DNA of 64,000 bases from Alphaproteobacteria bacterium (GTDB taxonomy: Bacteria > Pseudomonadota > Alphaproteobacteria > UBA9219 > RGZA01), in contig JANQEX010000043.1 in the NCBI GenBank assembly GCA_028278105.1, forward strand, positions 1,055-65,054, read 5' to 3'. Shown one piece after another: positions 55,459 to 64,000 of the stretch. Each line of letters opens with the position of its first letter. Positions within the stretch are counted from its first letter, which is position 1. The translations under genes and the position numbers were made by a program. The notes under the pieces were generated by a model. That model did not search any database and was not told the origin of the DNA. It saw only the letters and a program-made list of their open reading frames with translations.

Positions 55459-56615
55459 GCCGCGCGCGCCTTTACGGGCTCCACCCGCGCATAACTCCGG
55501 TCCAGACCGGCGAGCATCGATTCAAACGTCCAGGAAGATACGTTGGTGGCGGCCGCGCCGCGCGACAGGCGCGCGAGGGTGGCGGCGTCTTTCAAAACGT
55601 CCACGGCGGCTTTCGCCACGTCTTCGGCGCGCGGCGAGCGGACAATCCGCCCGTTCATATCGTCCCTGACGATTTCGCCGATGCCTTCCAGGCCGTTGAC
55701 GACGCATGGCCGCTTGCCGGCCAGATATTGCACTACCACGCGCGGCAGCCCCTCGCGCTCCGAGGCCAGGACGCCCAGGTCCGCAAGGGCAACCAGCTTT
55801 TCGGGTTGCGGGTCGTGGTCCAGCAGCACAACCCGGCCGCCAAGGCCAAGGGCGGCGATTTTATCTTCCAGCTTCTTTCTATCCTGCCCGCCGCCCGCCA
55901 GAACAAGGCGGATGTCGTCGCCCGCTTTTGCCGCCCGCGCGAAGCCGTCCAGAAATGCGGATTGCCTCTTGCGCGGCTCGAACGCCGCCAGCATCAGGAT
56001 CACTTTCGGCTTTGGCGCGCCCGCGGCCACGCGCAGCATCGCGCGCCAATTTTCCGGCGGAGCGGCATCCATAAACCGGGCCACATGCATGCCGGAATGG
56101 ACCACGTCATGCGGCCGGTTCTTTCCTATGCCTTCCCGCCGGTAGGCGTTGCGCGTGCCCTCGCTCACATGGATGAACACGCCGGTGCAAAGCGCGGCAA
56201 GATGCTCGGCGGCCAGAAAAGCAATCCGCGCCGCCATTCCCACATTGCTGAAGGGAAGGATATGCACGCCGTGCACAACATGCGGCACGCCGGCCAGCCT
56301 TGCCGCGAAACGCCCCAGGATGCCCGCCTTGCTCACATGAGTGTGCACCACGTCGGGCCTCAGGCGCTTCAAAAGCCCGTAAAGCTCCGCCAGCCCCCGC
56401 AGATCATGCCAAGGATTGATCTTATGCCGAAGGGAAGAAACAGGCTGAAGACGAACATCGTTGCCGATGCTTTTCAAAACATCTTCCGCCAGATCGTCGG
56501 GGCCGTAAAAAAGATGAACCTCATGCCCTCGCCGCGCCTGATGCGCGCAGCTCGTGATGGTGTTTTCTTCCGAGCCTCCCCTGGCCAGGCGCGTGATGAC
56601 ATGAACGATTTTCAT
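55455..56615 (-). CDS. Glycosyltransferase family 4
   Basis: N-terminus MKIVHVITRLARGGSE and C-terminal REGLPRVVVQYLAGKRP. Confidence 0.8.
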   Translation of the reverse strand: MKIVHVITRLARGGSEENTITSCAHQARRGHEVHLFYGPDDLAEDVLKSIGNDVRLQPVSSLRHKINPWHDLRGLAELYGLLKRLRPDVVHTHVSKAGILGRFAARLAGVPHVVHGVHILPFSNVGMAARIAFLAAEHLAALCTGVFIHVSEGTRNAYRREGIGKNRPHDVVHSGMHVARFMDAAPPENWRAMLRVAAGAPKPKVILMLAAFEPRKRQSAFLDGFARAAKAGDDIRLVLAGGGQDRKKLEDKIAALGLGGRVVLLDHDPQPEKLVALADLGVLASEREGLPRVVVQYLAGKRPCVVNGLEGIGEIVRDDMNGRIVRSPRAEDVAKAAVDVLKDAATLARLSRGAAATNVSSWTFESMLAGLDRSYARVEPVKARAA

Positions 56616-56672
56616 GCCGGCTTTGTAAGGCAGAACCGCCCGCCGATCAACCGCGGGGCAAGCGCTGTTTGC

Positions 56673-57038
56673 TTAAACGGACCGTAAAACAAGCCGCAAT
56701 TGACGGTCGGCGCCTTGCGCCACCGGGCTGGCCGCGGCGCCGGAGCGAACGCGCAGATATTGCAGGGAAGAAAACTGCGCCGGGTCCAGCACGAAGCAGC
56801 CTCCGGCGGAAGCCGTCACGGTTATCTCCGCGCCATCCTGATTCTTCAGGTCGGCCCAGGCCGCGCCCGCGTCCGGCGACATCTGGAAAGTCAGGTCCGC
56901 CGCGGTCCAGCCGGACGGCATGACAATGCCGAACAGGCGCAGGCCGCCCAGATCCAGCGTACCGGTCAGCGACGCGCCGTTGGCGATGGTGGCGGGAAGA
57001 ATCTCCCAGGGGGAATTGCAGCTATCCTTGAGTGACAT
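56673..57038 (-). CDS. Hypothetical small protein
   Basis: Start MSLKDSCNSPWEIL at 57038. The longer ORF-track version has an Arg-rich, non-native-looking extension. Confidence 0.3.
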   Translation of the reverse strand: MSLKDSCNSPWEILPATIANGASLTGTLDLGGLRLFGIVMPSGWTAADLTFQMSPDAGAAWADLKNQDGAEITVTASAGGCFVLDPAQFSSLQYLRVRSGAAASPVAQGADRQLRLVLRSV

Positions 57039-57406
57039 GGTTCTCCTCCTGTCGGGTTTTGTTGAATTGCGGTTTACAGGGCGGCGGCCCCATCCCTTCG
57101 CGCCCTTGGACGCAAGGGTTCGCCCGCCGCGACAAGGCAGGCGGGTGAAAATCAAACGGATCGTTCTGGAAATTGCCGGGCTCCGGCGTCTTTCTTCGGG
57201 CAAGGCTTGGGCCCGTCATTGTCAATACGCCCGCGCAAGGCGCCGCGTCAAAACAATAGTTTTTTATAAGAGCGAAAGCGGAGAAAAGGTTAAGGCGACA
57301 AAAATTCGCCACATATTTCGTATTTTTGTAACCCTCCGGCTTGCCGGCACGGGCCCGCCGCCGCCCGCGTGGGACCGGGCATCGAAACCAGAAGGGAAAA
57401 CCGGCC

Positions 57407-57640
57407 ATGAGCAACATAAAAACACAAGACCGCGACATTGAAAAAACCTACGCCACGGCGCAATTCGTGGAAAAGCTCCGCAGGTTGGCCGACTGCCTGG
57501 AAAAAGGCGAACGCTTTGACATTCAGATTGCGGGCGAACGTGTTTATGTGCCGAAAGACGCCATTTTCAATATCGAGCACGAACGCGGCGACGGCGCGGA
57601 GGAAATCGAATTCCAACTCAAATGGAGTAACAAAACCTAG
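57407..57640 (+). CDS. Small conserved hypothetical protein (amphi-Trp-domain-like, 77 aa)
   Basis: MSNIKTQDRDIEKTYATAQFVEKLRRLADCLEKGERFDIQIAGERVYVPKDAIFNIEHERGDGAEEIEFQLKW. Confidence 0.4.
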   Translation: MSNIKTQDRDIEKTYATAQFVEKLRRLADCLEKGERFDIQIAGERVYVPKDAIFNIEHERGDGAEEIEFQLKWSNKT

Positions 57641-57690
57641 CCGCCTTGTTGCTGGAATCCGGCTAAGGCGTCGGGGCCAATCGACAATTA

Positions 57691-57876
57691 ATACCAAAAG
57701 TCTTATGAAATGACTCATCGCGTCACCCCCGCCCCCGCTTTTCCGCCTCCGCAAGCTTCGGCGTGACGAAAAGGTAAAACCTCGGCGTAGCCGCAGGCGA
57801 AGCCGGGCGCGGGGATCGGCTTCGGCGGGGGCCCATCCTTTTTTCTGATTTCTGATTTCCGGCTTCTGATTTCTGA
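57691..57876. mobile_element. MITE-like element copy 4 (variant: conserved left flank, divergent core, ttctgatt tail) abutting tRNA-Ala
   Basis: ataccaaaagtcttatgaaatgactcatcgcgtcaccccc... then ...ttttttctgatttctgatttccggcttctgatttctga. A related tail module occurs at 20440..20510. Confidence 0.5.
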
Positions 57877-57952
57877 ATGGTGGACCCTATCGGGATCGAA
57901 CCGACGACCTCCACAATGCCATTGTGGCGCTCTCCCAGCTGAGCTAAGGGCC
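57877..57952 (-). tRNA. tRNA-Ala (anticodon GGC)
   Basis: Reverse complement GGGCCCTTAGCTCAGCTGGGAGAGCGCCACAATGGCATTGTGGAGGTCGTCGGTTCGATCCCGATAGGGTCCACCA. G3:U70 pair, anticodon loop AUGGCAU, CCA encoded. Confidence 0.85.
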
Positions 57953-58017
57953 CTTGATCCAGAGGCGTTTTATCGCGGCTTTTTGCGCATCTGGCAAGCT
58001 CTTTTCTTGCGCCGCGC

Positions 58018-58854
58018 CTAAACCGGCCAGTTATCGATGAGCCGCGTTGAACCCAGCCGGGCGGCGGCGAAGAGCCGCGCCGGGCGCGCCAGATCGCGCG
58101 CGGGCGCGCAGCTTTCGGCATCGGCGCATTCGAAGTAATCAACCCTGAACCCGGCCTTTTCTAGATTTTCGCGGCCGCCGGCGAGGACGCGACCGATATT
58201 CCCCGGCGCGGCGCGGATGCTTTCGGCGGCATGCTTCAGGTTTTGGCTTATCAGAACCGCCTTGGCCCGCTCCTCTTGCGGCAGATACCGGTTGCGCGAG
58301 GAAAGGGCGAGGCCGTCCGCCTCCCGCACAACCGGCACGCCGATGATCCGCGCCGGAATATCCAGGTCGCGCGCCAGGCGCCTGATGACCTGAAGCTGCT
58401 GCCAGTCCTTCTCGCCGAAACAGGCGGCGTCGGGCATCACGCGCAGCAACAGCTTGGCCACCACCGTGGCCACGCCGTCGAAATGGCCGGGGCGGAAGGG
58501 ACCGCACAGATGGTCCGTGATGCCGCCCACATGCACCGTGGTTGACGCATCCTTCTCATACATGTCGCCGTCGGCAGGCATGTAGAGCAGGTCCACCCCT
58601 TCCGCGCCCAGCAGACGCATATCCTCTTCCGGCGAGCGGGGATAACGGGCCAGGTCCTCGTTCGGGCCGAACTGCGTCGGGTTGACGAAAAGACTGACCG
58701 CCACCCGGCCGCACGCGGCCCGCGCCCGGCGCACAAGGGCCAGATGTCCCTCATGCAAGGCCCCCATGGTGGGCACGAGGCCGACGCTCCGGCCTTCCTC
58801 GTGCCAGTCCCGGCGGGCGGCCCTCAAATCGGCATGTTGGCCAATGATGCGCAT
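58018..58854 (-). CDS. panC: Pantoate--beta-alanine ligase
   Basis: GLVPTMGALHEGHLALV (HIGH-like) and full-length PanC. Confidence 0.9.
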   Translation of the reverse strand: MRIIGQHADLRAARRDWHEEGRSVGLVPTMGALHEGHLALVRRARAACGRVAVSLFVNPTQFGPNEDLARYPRSPEEDMRLLGAEGVDLLYMPADGDMYEKDASTTVHVGGITDHLCGPFRPGHFDGVATVVAKLLLRVMPDAACFGEKDWQQLQVIRRLARDLDIPARIIGVPVVREADGLALSSRNRYLPQEERAKAVLISQNLKHAAESIRAAPGNIGRVLAGGRENLEKAGFRVDYFECADAESCAPARDLARPARLFAAARLGSTRLIDNWPV

Positions 58855-58907
58855 GAAACTTGATTTTCTCCCCTCCTTCCCTTACGAAAGAGCCCGCGCC
58901 CGCGCAA

Positions 58908-58992
58908 GCCCGGATGGCGGAATTGGTAGACGCGCTGGTTTCAGGTACCAGTGATGCAAGTCGTGGAGGTTCGAGTCCTCTTCCGGGCACCA
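58908..58992 (+). tRNA. tRNA-Leu (anticodon CAG)
   Basis: GCCCGGATGGCGGAATTGGTAGACGCGCTGGTTTCAGGTACCAGTGATGCAAGTCGTGGAGGTTCGAGTCCTCTTCCGGGCACCA with long variable arm and CCA encoded. Confidence 0.85.
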
Positions 58993-59089
58993 TTCAGATG
59001 CCAGAGGCCGGGTATTCGATGCCGGGGGCTTTGGTGAGCCTTTGGCGAATAGGTTATTCTGATTCCTGACATCCGACCTCCGGTTTCTG

Positions 59090-59701
59090 ATGATGATCCA
59101 TCTCCACAAAAACGACCTCCCCGGCAACATCAGCCTCGGCCCGTCCGTGGCGGTGGATACCGAGACCATGGGCCTGCATCCGGGGCGCGACCGCCTGTGC
59201 CTGGTCCAGCTTTACGGCGGCGCGGGCGACGCGCATCTGGTGCAGTTCGAGCCCGGCCGGTACGACGCGCCGCGCCTGAAGGCGCTGTTGACCGATTTGC
59301 AGGTGACCAAGCTTTTCCATTTCGCCCGCTTCGACCTTGCCGCGATCATGGCCTATCTGGGCATCATGCCCGGTCCGGTGTACTGCACCAAGATCGCCTC
59401 GAAGCTGTCGCGCACCTTCACCGACCGCCACGGGCTGAAGGACCTGACGCGCGACCTTCTGGGCGTCGAAATCTCGAAGCAGCAGCAAAACTCCGACTGG
59501 GGCGCGGCCGACCTCACGCCTGAGCAGAAAGACTACGCCGCGTCCGACGTGCTTCACCTGCATGCCCTCAAGGAAAAGCTTGATGCGCTTCTGGCGCGCG
59601 AAGGCCGGCTGGAGCTGGCCGAGGCCTGCTTTAATTTCCTGCCGGTGCGCGCGGCGCTGGACCTCGCCGGCTGGGCCGAAACCGACATTTTCGAGCATTA
59701 A
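59090..59701 (+). CDS. RNase D-family 3'-5' exonuclease (DEDDy)
   Basis: VAVDTETMGL (exo I), ...HFARFDL..., and YAASDVLHL (exo III). Confidence 0.7.
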   Translation: MMIHLHKNDLPGNISLGPSVAVDTETMGLHPGRDRLCLVQLYGGAGDAHLVQFEPGRYDAPRLKALLTDLQVTKLFHFARFDLAAIMAYLGIMPGPVYCTKIASKLSRTFTDRHGLKDLTRDLLGVEISKQQQNSDWGAADLTPEQKDYAASDVLHLHALKEKLDALLAREGRLELAEACFNFLPVRAALDLAGWAETDIFEH

Positions 59702-59704
59702 TTC

Positions 59705-60310
59705 CGGAAAAACTGCAAGCTATAACCTCTTTAAACCGGAACTCCCCTCCCCTTGCCCGCTTTCGCTAAAGCTGCGGCGAGGTCCTTGGAGAAAGCTCGT
59801 CCGCCGAAGCTCGCAGAGCGGAAGCGGAAGGGAGAATGCGGCTTTATTCCCCTCCCTCTGGCCCGCCTTGACTCCCCTCCCCTTGAGGGAGGGGTTGGGG
59901 GTGGGGTGAAGCGTTGGTTTTTTCAAAGCCTCGGCATTTACGCTATGGGAAACCGGCGGACCCCACCCCTTGATCCCCTCCCTCAAGGGGAGGGGAAATT
60001 CATCCGCCGAGGCTCCGGCGGGTCCTTATAAGGAAGCTTGTCCGCCGTAGCTCGCAGAGCGGAGGCGGAGAGGGGTTCGGGAGGGCCCGTGAAAAGGGTC
60101 GAGGGGGTCATAAGGGTCAGGAGGGTCAAGGACCCTTTTGACCCTTACGACCCTTTATGACCCTCAGTTATCCCTCCCCCTTCCCCCTCCCAAAGGGAGG
60201 GGGATGTGATTTTTATTCCCCTTCCCTTGTCCGCCTTCGCCGAGGTCATGAGGGTCTTTTTGCAGACCCCATGGACCCTTCCGGCCCTCACGACCCTCTT
60301 GATTGAACCT
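59705..60310. repeat. 600-bp intergenic nest of REP-like repeats between rnd-like and kpsF
   Basis: Three CCCCTCCC-N4-GGGAGGGG hairpins. Two ~35-bp direct repeats gtccgcc(g/t)(a)agctcgcagagcgga(a/g)gcgga. GGGTC/GACCC hairpins at 60085..60180 and 60243..60310. Confidence 0.7.
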
Positions 60311-60330
60311 TTTGCCATAATTCTATATTA

Positions 60331-61365
60331 ATGACGCGGGACGCAGGCCCCTTGCCCTTGCGCTTCAAAAAAATGAAAGCAACGCTCGAACATCAGCCGT
60401 CCTTCGCCCCCTCCGCCCCGCTGGAGGACGCGCGCGCCGTGCTGCGCGCCGAGATCGCGGCGCTGGAAAAACTGGGCGCCGCGCTGGATGGCGCCTTTGA
60501 AAAAGCCGTCGGGATTTGCGCCGGTGTCACGGGGCGGGTGGTGGTGACCGGCATGGGCAAATCGGGCCATGTGGCGCACAAGATCGCGGCCACGCTGGCC
60601 TCCACCGGCACACCGTCCTTTTTCGTGCATCCGGCCGAGGCCAGCCATGGCGATCTTGGCATGATCGCGCGGGGCGACGCGGTGCTGGCCATTTCCAATT
60701 CGGGCGAGGCGCCGGAGCTTGCCGACATCATCGCCTACACGCGGCGCTTTTCCATTCCGCTGATCGCCATCACCGGCAAGCCCGGCTCCAGCCTCGGCGC
60801 GCAGGCCGACTGCACCCTTGCCCTGCCCGACGCCGAGGAAGCCTGCCCGCTGGGCCTGGCCCCCACCAGCTCCACCACCATGACGATGGCGCTGGGCGAC
60901 GCGCTGGCGGTGGCGTTGCTCCGCAAGAGCGGCTTTACCGTCAGCGATTACCGCATGTTTCATCCCGGCGGCAAGTTGGGGCGCAAGCTGCTCCTGGTGC
61001 GCGACCTGATGCACAAGGGCGCGGACGTGCCGCTGGCCACGCTGGGCGCGCCGATGAGCGAGATCATCCTGACCATGACGCGCAAGAGCTTCGGCTGCTG
61101 CGGCATTCTGGACGAGGGCGAGCGGCTCCGCGGCATCATCACCGACGGCGATTTGCGCCGCCACATGAACGCGGGCCTCCTTGGCCTCGCGCCCGAAGCG
61201 GTCATGACGCGCGATCCCAAAACCATCGGCCCGCAGGCCCTGGCGGCCGAGGCGCTGGGCCGCATGAACGAGCGCAAGGTCACCCAGCTTTTCGTCATCG
61301 ACGAGGACCGCAAGGTGCTCGGCATCGTGCGCATGCACGACCTGCTGCGCGAGGGCATCGGATGA
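60331..61365 (+). CDS. kpsF: Arabinose-5-phosphate isomerase (KpsF/GutQ; SIS + tandem CBS)
   Basis: SIS motif VVTGMGKSGHVAHKIAATL and two CBS domains. Alternative start at 60373. Confidence 0.85.
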   Translation: MTRDAGPLPLRFKKMKATLEHQPSFAPSAPLEDARAVLRAEIAALEKLGAALDGAFEKAVGICAGVTGRVVVTGMGKSGHVAHKIAATLASTGTPSFFVHPAEASHGDLGMIARGDAVLAISNSGEAPELADIIAYTRRFSIPLIAITGKPGSSLGAQADCTLALPDAEEACPLGLAPTSSTTMTMALGDALAVALLRKSGFTVSDYRMFHPGGKLGRKLLLVRDLMHKGADVPLATLGAPMSEIILTMTRKSFGCCGILDEGERLRGIITDGDLRRHMNAGLLGLAPEAVMTRDPKTIGPQALAAEALGRMNERKVTQLFVIDEDRKVLGIVRMHDLLREGIG

Positions 61366-62069
61366 CGCCCGCCCGGAAAATCGACTGGCTGACGCCGGCG
61401 GTGCGCGCCCTGTCGCCGGAGCGCCTGCAACGCTACCGCCGCTTTGTGGGCGGGATGAAGCTCCTGCTGCCCGCTCTGGCGGCGGGCCTTGTTCTGGTTC
61501 TGATGATCTGGCCGTCGGGCCATGGCCCGTCCACCAAGCCGCGCGCGCTGACGGCCGCGGATTCCACCATGCAGACGCCCGTCTATACCAGCCGCAGCGA
61601 AAAGGGCGAGCCCTACCGCGTGACCGCGGACAAGGCCCGGCAAAACCCCGAAGCGCCCGGCCTGACCGACGTCACCAATCCCACGGGCAGCATCGTTCTG
61701 GAAGACGGCAGCCACATCGAGGGCGACGCCCGGCGCGCGCAGTACGACCAGAACAAGGGCCTGCTTTTCCTTTCGGGCGACCTGACCCTGCGCCACTCCA
61801 GCGGCGCGGTGTTCAAAACGGAAAAGGCGCGGGTGGACATGAACGCGCGCCGCGCCTCCGGCGACGCGCCGGTGAAAGTGACGGGCGATTTCGGCGAAGT
61901 GGACGCGCAGGGCTTCCGCCTGCGGAACCAGGGCAAGGTGGTGATTTTCACGGGCCCCTCCACCGCCCGCCTGAAAATGGGCGGCACGGGCAAGGGAAGC
62001 GCCAGTTCGCAAGGATTCCTTCCATCCTTCAACCCCGCGCCGCCCCCTTCTTCCGGCGGAGGCATGTGA
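61362..62069 (+). CDS. lptC: LPS export protein LptC
   Basis: MTPARKIDWLTP... with TM LLLPALAAGLVLVLMIW. Its ATG overlaps the kpsF TGA (ATGA). The ORF-track version (60516..) is an upstream artefact. Confidence 0.6.
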   Translation: MTPARKIDWLTPAVRALSPERLQRYRRFVGGMKLLLPALAAGLVLVLMIWPSGHGPSTKPRALTAADSTMQTPVYTSRSEKGEPYRVTADKARQNPEAPGLTDVTNPTGSIVLEDGSHIEGDARRAQYDQNKGLLFLSGDLTLRHSSGAVFKTEKARVDMNARRASGDAPVKVTGDFGEVDAQGFRLRNQGKVVIFTGPSTARLKMGGTGKGSASSQGFLPSFNPAPPPSSGGGM

Positions 62070-63130
62070 TGCGTTTTTCCGGCAGCCGTCCCGTTCGGAC
62101 ATCCCGGCTGACGCCAGACCTGTCATTGCGAGCCCCGCGCAAGCGGGGCGAAGCAATCCAGAAATCCATTCAATTGAAAATACTGGATTGCTTCGTCGGC
62201 CTTCGGCCTCCTCGCAATGACGGCCGGAAATATTTCCGGTCTTTTCTTTTTCTTTCCCTGCTTGTCTTTTCCTTTCCGGCCTGCGCGCAAACGGACGGGA
62301 CGGCATCGCCCTTTTCCCTGCTGGACGGGGAAAGCAAGGCCGGCAAGCCCCAATACCTCAACGTCACCGCCGGGCAGAGCCTGGAATGGCATCAGGACGA
62401 AAACGTCTATATCGCGCGCGGCGATGCCATGGCCACGCGCGGCGACCTGAAGGTGGAGGCCGACATCCTGAAGGCCCATAACCGCAAGAGAGAGGACGGC
62501 GGGCGCGAAGTGTGGAAGCTGGAGGCCGAAGGGCAGGTGAAGATCACCAGCAAGACCCACGTCGTCACCGGCGAAAAGGGCGTTTACGACATTGACAGCA
62601 AGACGGCCTCCCTGACCGGCGGCGATCTGCGCTATGTCAGCCCCACCGACACGGTGACGGCGACGGAATCCTTCGAGTACGCGGAAGCGGAATCCAAAAT
62701 CACCGCAACCGGCGGGGCCACCGCGCGGCGTGAAGGCCGCCGGGTGGACGCCGACCGCATGACGGCCTTCCTTGCCCCCAATAAAGCCGGCGGGCAGGAT
62801 ATCGAGCGGCTGGAGGCCGACGGTCACGTCAAAATCATCACCCCGGATGACGCCGTGGCCTGCGACAAGGCCGTCTACAATCTTGCCAGAAACACCGCCA
62901 CCCTTTCAGGAAATGTGCGCATCACCCGCGGCGCCAACCAGTTGCGCGGCGACAGGGTGGAGGCCGATTTCAACACCGGCGTCTCGCGCCTGGTCAGCAC
63001 CGGCACGGGCCGGGTCTCGGCCCGGATCGTCGGCGCGCCGGAAAAGGGCGCGAAAAAGCCGGGGAAAAAATCCGGCAAGGCGGCGAAAGAGCCGCGATCC
63101 CCCGCCCTCTTCGCCCCGGCCGGCCCATGA
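62066..63130 (+). CDS. lptA: LPS transport periplasmic protein LptA (OstA family). True start uncertain, probably downstream of 62221
   Basis: Signal peptide [21 protein letters not shown] begins only at ~62228. The frame is open from 62066 through the REP element, but no ATG or GTG lies between the element and the signal peptide. Confidence 0.6.
   Translation: MMRFSGSRPVRTSRLTPDLSLRAPRKRGEAIQKSIQLKILDCFVGLRPPRNDGRKYFRSFLFLSLLVFSFPACAQTDGTASPFSLLDGESKAGKPQYLNVTAGQSLEWHQDENVYIARGDAMATRGDLKVEADILKAHNRKREDGGREVWKLEAEGQVKITSKTHVVTGEKGVYDIDSKTASLTGGDLRYVSPTDTVTATESFEYAEAESKITATGGATARREGRRVDADRMTAFLAPNKAGGQDIERLEADGHVKIITPDDAVACDKAVYNLARNTATLSGNVRITRGANQLRGDRVEADFNTGVSRLVSTGTGRVSARIVGAPEKGAKKPGKKSGKAAKEPRSPALFAPAGP
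62122..62221. repeat. 100-bp REP-like hairpin element (11-bp TIR gtcattgcgag/ctcgcaatgac) in the 5' end of the lptA reading frame
   Basis: Nested palindromes ccccgcgcaagcgggg, gcaatccag...ctggattgc and ggccttcggcc. Confidence 0.65.
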
Positions 63131-63888
63131 AGCGGCGTCCCGTCCTGCCCGAAATCGCCGAAGACCTGGGCGGGCTCGCCGCCCTCAATCTCGGCAAGCA
63201 ATACAACAACCGCCCGGTGCTGCATGATGTGAGCCTTGAGGTGAAGCGTGGCGAAATCGTGGGCCTGCTGGGCCCCAATGGCGCGGGCAAGACCACCTTC
63301 TTCTACATCATCACCGGACTGATCGCCGCCGACACCGGCACGATCATGCTGGACGGGCACGACATCACCCGCCTGCCCATGTATCAGCGGGCGCGGCTGG
63401 GCATCGGCTACCTGCCGCAGGAGGCTTCGGTGTTCCGCGGCATGAACGTGGAGAACAACCTGCGCGCCATCCTTGAAGTGGGCGAAAGGGACGAGGCGCA
63501 TATTGAAGCCGCGCTCGACAGCCTGCTGGCCGAATTTTCCATCAGCCATCTGCGCCGGGCGCCGGCGCTGGCGCTGTCGGGCGGCGAGCGGCGCCGGGTG
63601 GAAATCGCGCGGGCGCTGGCCACGCGGCCCTCCTTTATTCTTCTGGACGAGCCGCTGGCGGGAATCGATCCCATCGCGCTGAACGATATCCGCGACCTGG
63701 TCCTGCATTTGAAAAAGCGCGGCATCGGCGTTTTGATCACCGATCACAATGTGCGCGAAACCCTTGATCTGGTTGACCGCGCGGCGATCATCCATGAAGG
63801 GCGCGTGCTGATGCACGGCACGCCCCCGGCAATAATTGCCCATGAAGATGTGCGTCGCGTTTACCTTGGCGAAAGATTTCGTCTCTAG
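63127..63888 (+). CDS. lptB: LPS export ABC transporter ATP-binding protein LptB
   Basis: Walker [10 protein letters not shown], signature [15 protein letters not shown], Walker B ILLDEP. Confidence 0.9.
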   Translation: MKRRPVLPEIAEDLGGLAALNLGKQYNNRPVLHDVSLEVKRGEIVGLLGPNGAGKTTFFYIITGLIAADTGTIMLDGHDITRLPMYQRARLGIGYLPQEASVFRGMNVENNLRAILEVGERDEAHIEAALDSLLAEFSISHLRRAPALALSGGERRRVEIARALATRPSFILLDEPLAGIDPIALNDIRDLVLHLKKRGIGVLITDHNVRETLDLVDRAAIIHEGRVLMHGTPPAIIAHEDVRRVYLGERFRL

Positions 63889-64000
63889 ATTCGGATTGCG
63901 GGAAACGAATCCCGCAACCGCGCACCGGGACGACAACCGCCATGACCGCACCGCTTCATCCCCGCCTTGAAATGCGCGCCGGCGCCGCGATGATTCCGTC

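Noticed and set aside
60516-62069. 517-aa ORF spanning kpsF and lptC in another frame
   Set aside because: Only its last 235 codons (from ATG 61362) correspond to LptC. The upstream part overlaps the kpsF frame and is a Pro/Arg/Gly-rich artefact.
1-64000. CRISPR arrays and rRNA genes
   Set aside because: No regularly spaced short direct repeats with unique spacers and no rRNA-like conserved stretches were seen. The tandem repeat at 39503-39805 has only two long units without spacer architecture.

Overview
High-GC alphaproteobacterial chromosomal window. About 40 kb (1 to ~40.4 kb) is a horizontally acquired conjugation island, almost all on the minus strand. It carries an R64/PAPI-1-style type IVb thin-pilus cluster (minor pilin, major pilin, PilR platform, PilQ ATPase, PilP, PilO, secretin PilN, PilL) next to an I-type (Dot/Icm-like, IncI tra/trb-like) type IVB secretion system: IcmT/TraK, DotB, DotC, DotD, TrbB-like DsbC, lytic transglycosylase, DotL/IcmO coupling protein, DotM, DotO/IcmB, IcmJ, DotF/G/H/I homologues and several unassignable membrane or secreted proteins. 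Embedded in the island are a HepT/MntA toxin-antitoxin pair flanked by an 87-bp duplication of the dotB 3' end, an orphan BrnA-like antitoxin, a block of five uncharacterized secreted/membrane proteins, four copies of a MITE-like element, GGTTCGA direct-repeat arrays in front of two operon starts, and a 2-unit ~135-150 bp tandem repeat. The island ends near a GcrA-like regulator, a solitary HigA-like antitoxin and an AT-rich spacer. Core genome follows: fhs, petABC (with a 260-bp structured insertion between petA and petB), amiC-like amidase, an exosortase/EpsI-GH16-Wzy-glycosyltransferase exopolysaccharide cluster, tRNA-Ala, panC, tRNA-Leu, an RNase D-like exonuclease, a 600-bp nest of REP-like repeats, kpsF and lptCAB. 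All calls rest on protein motifs I could read by eye. No similarity searches were run.
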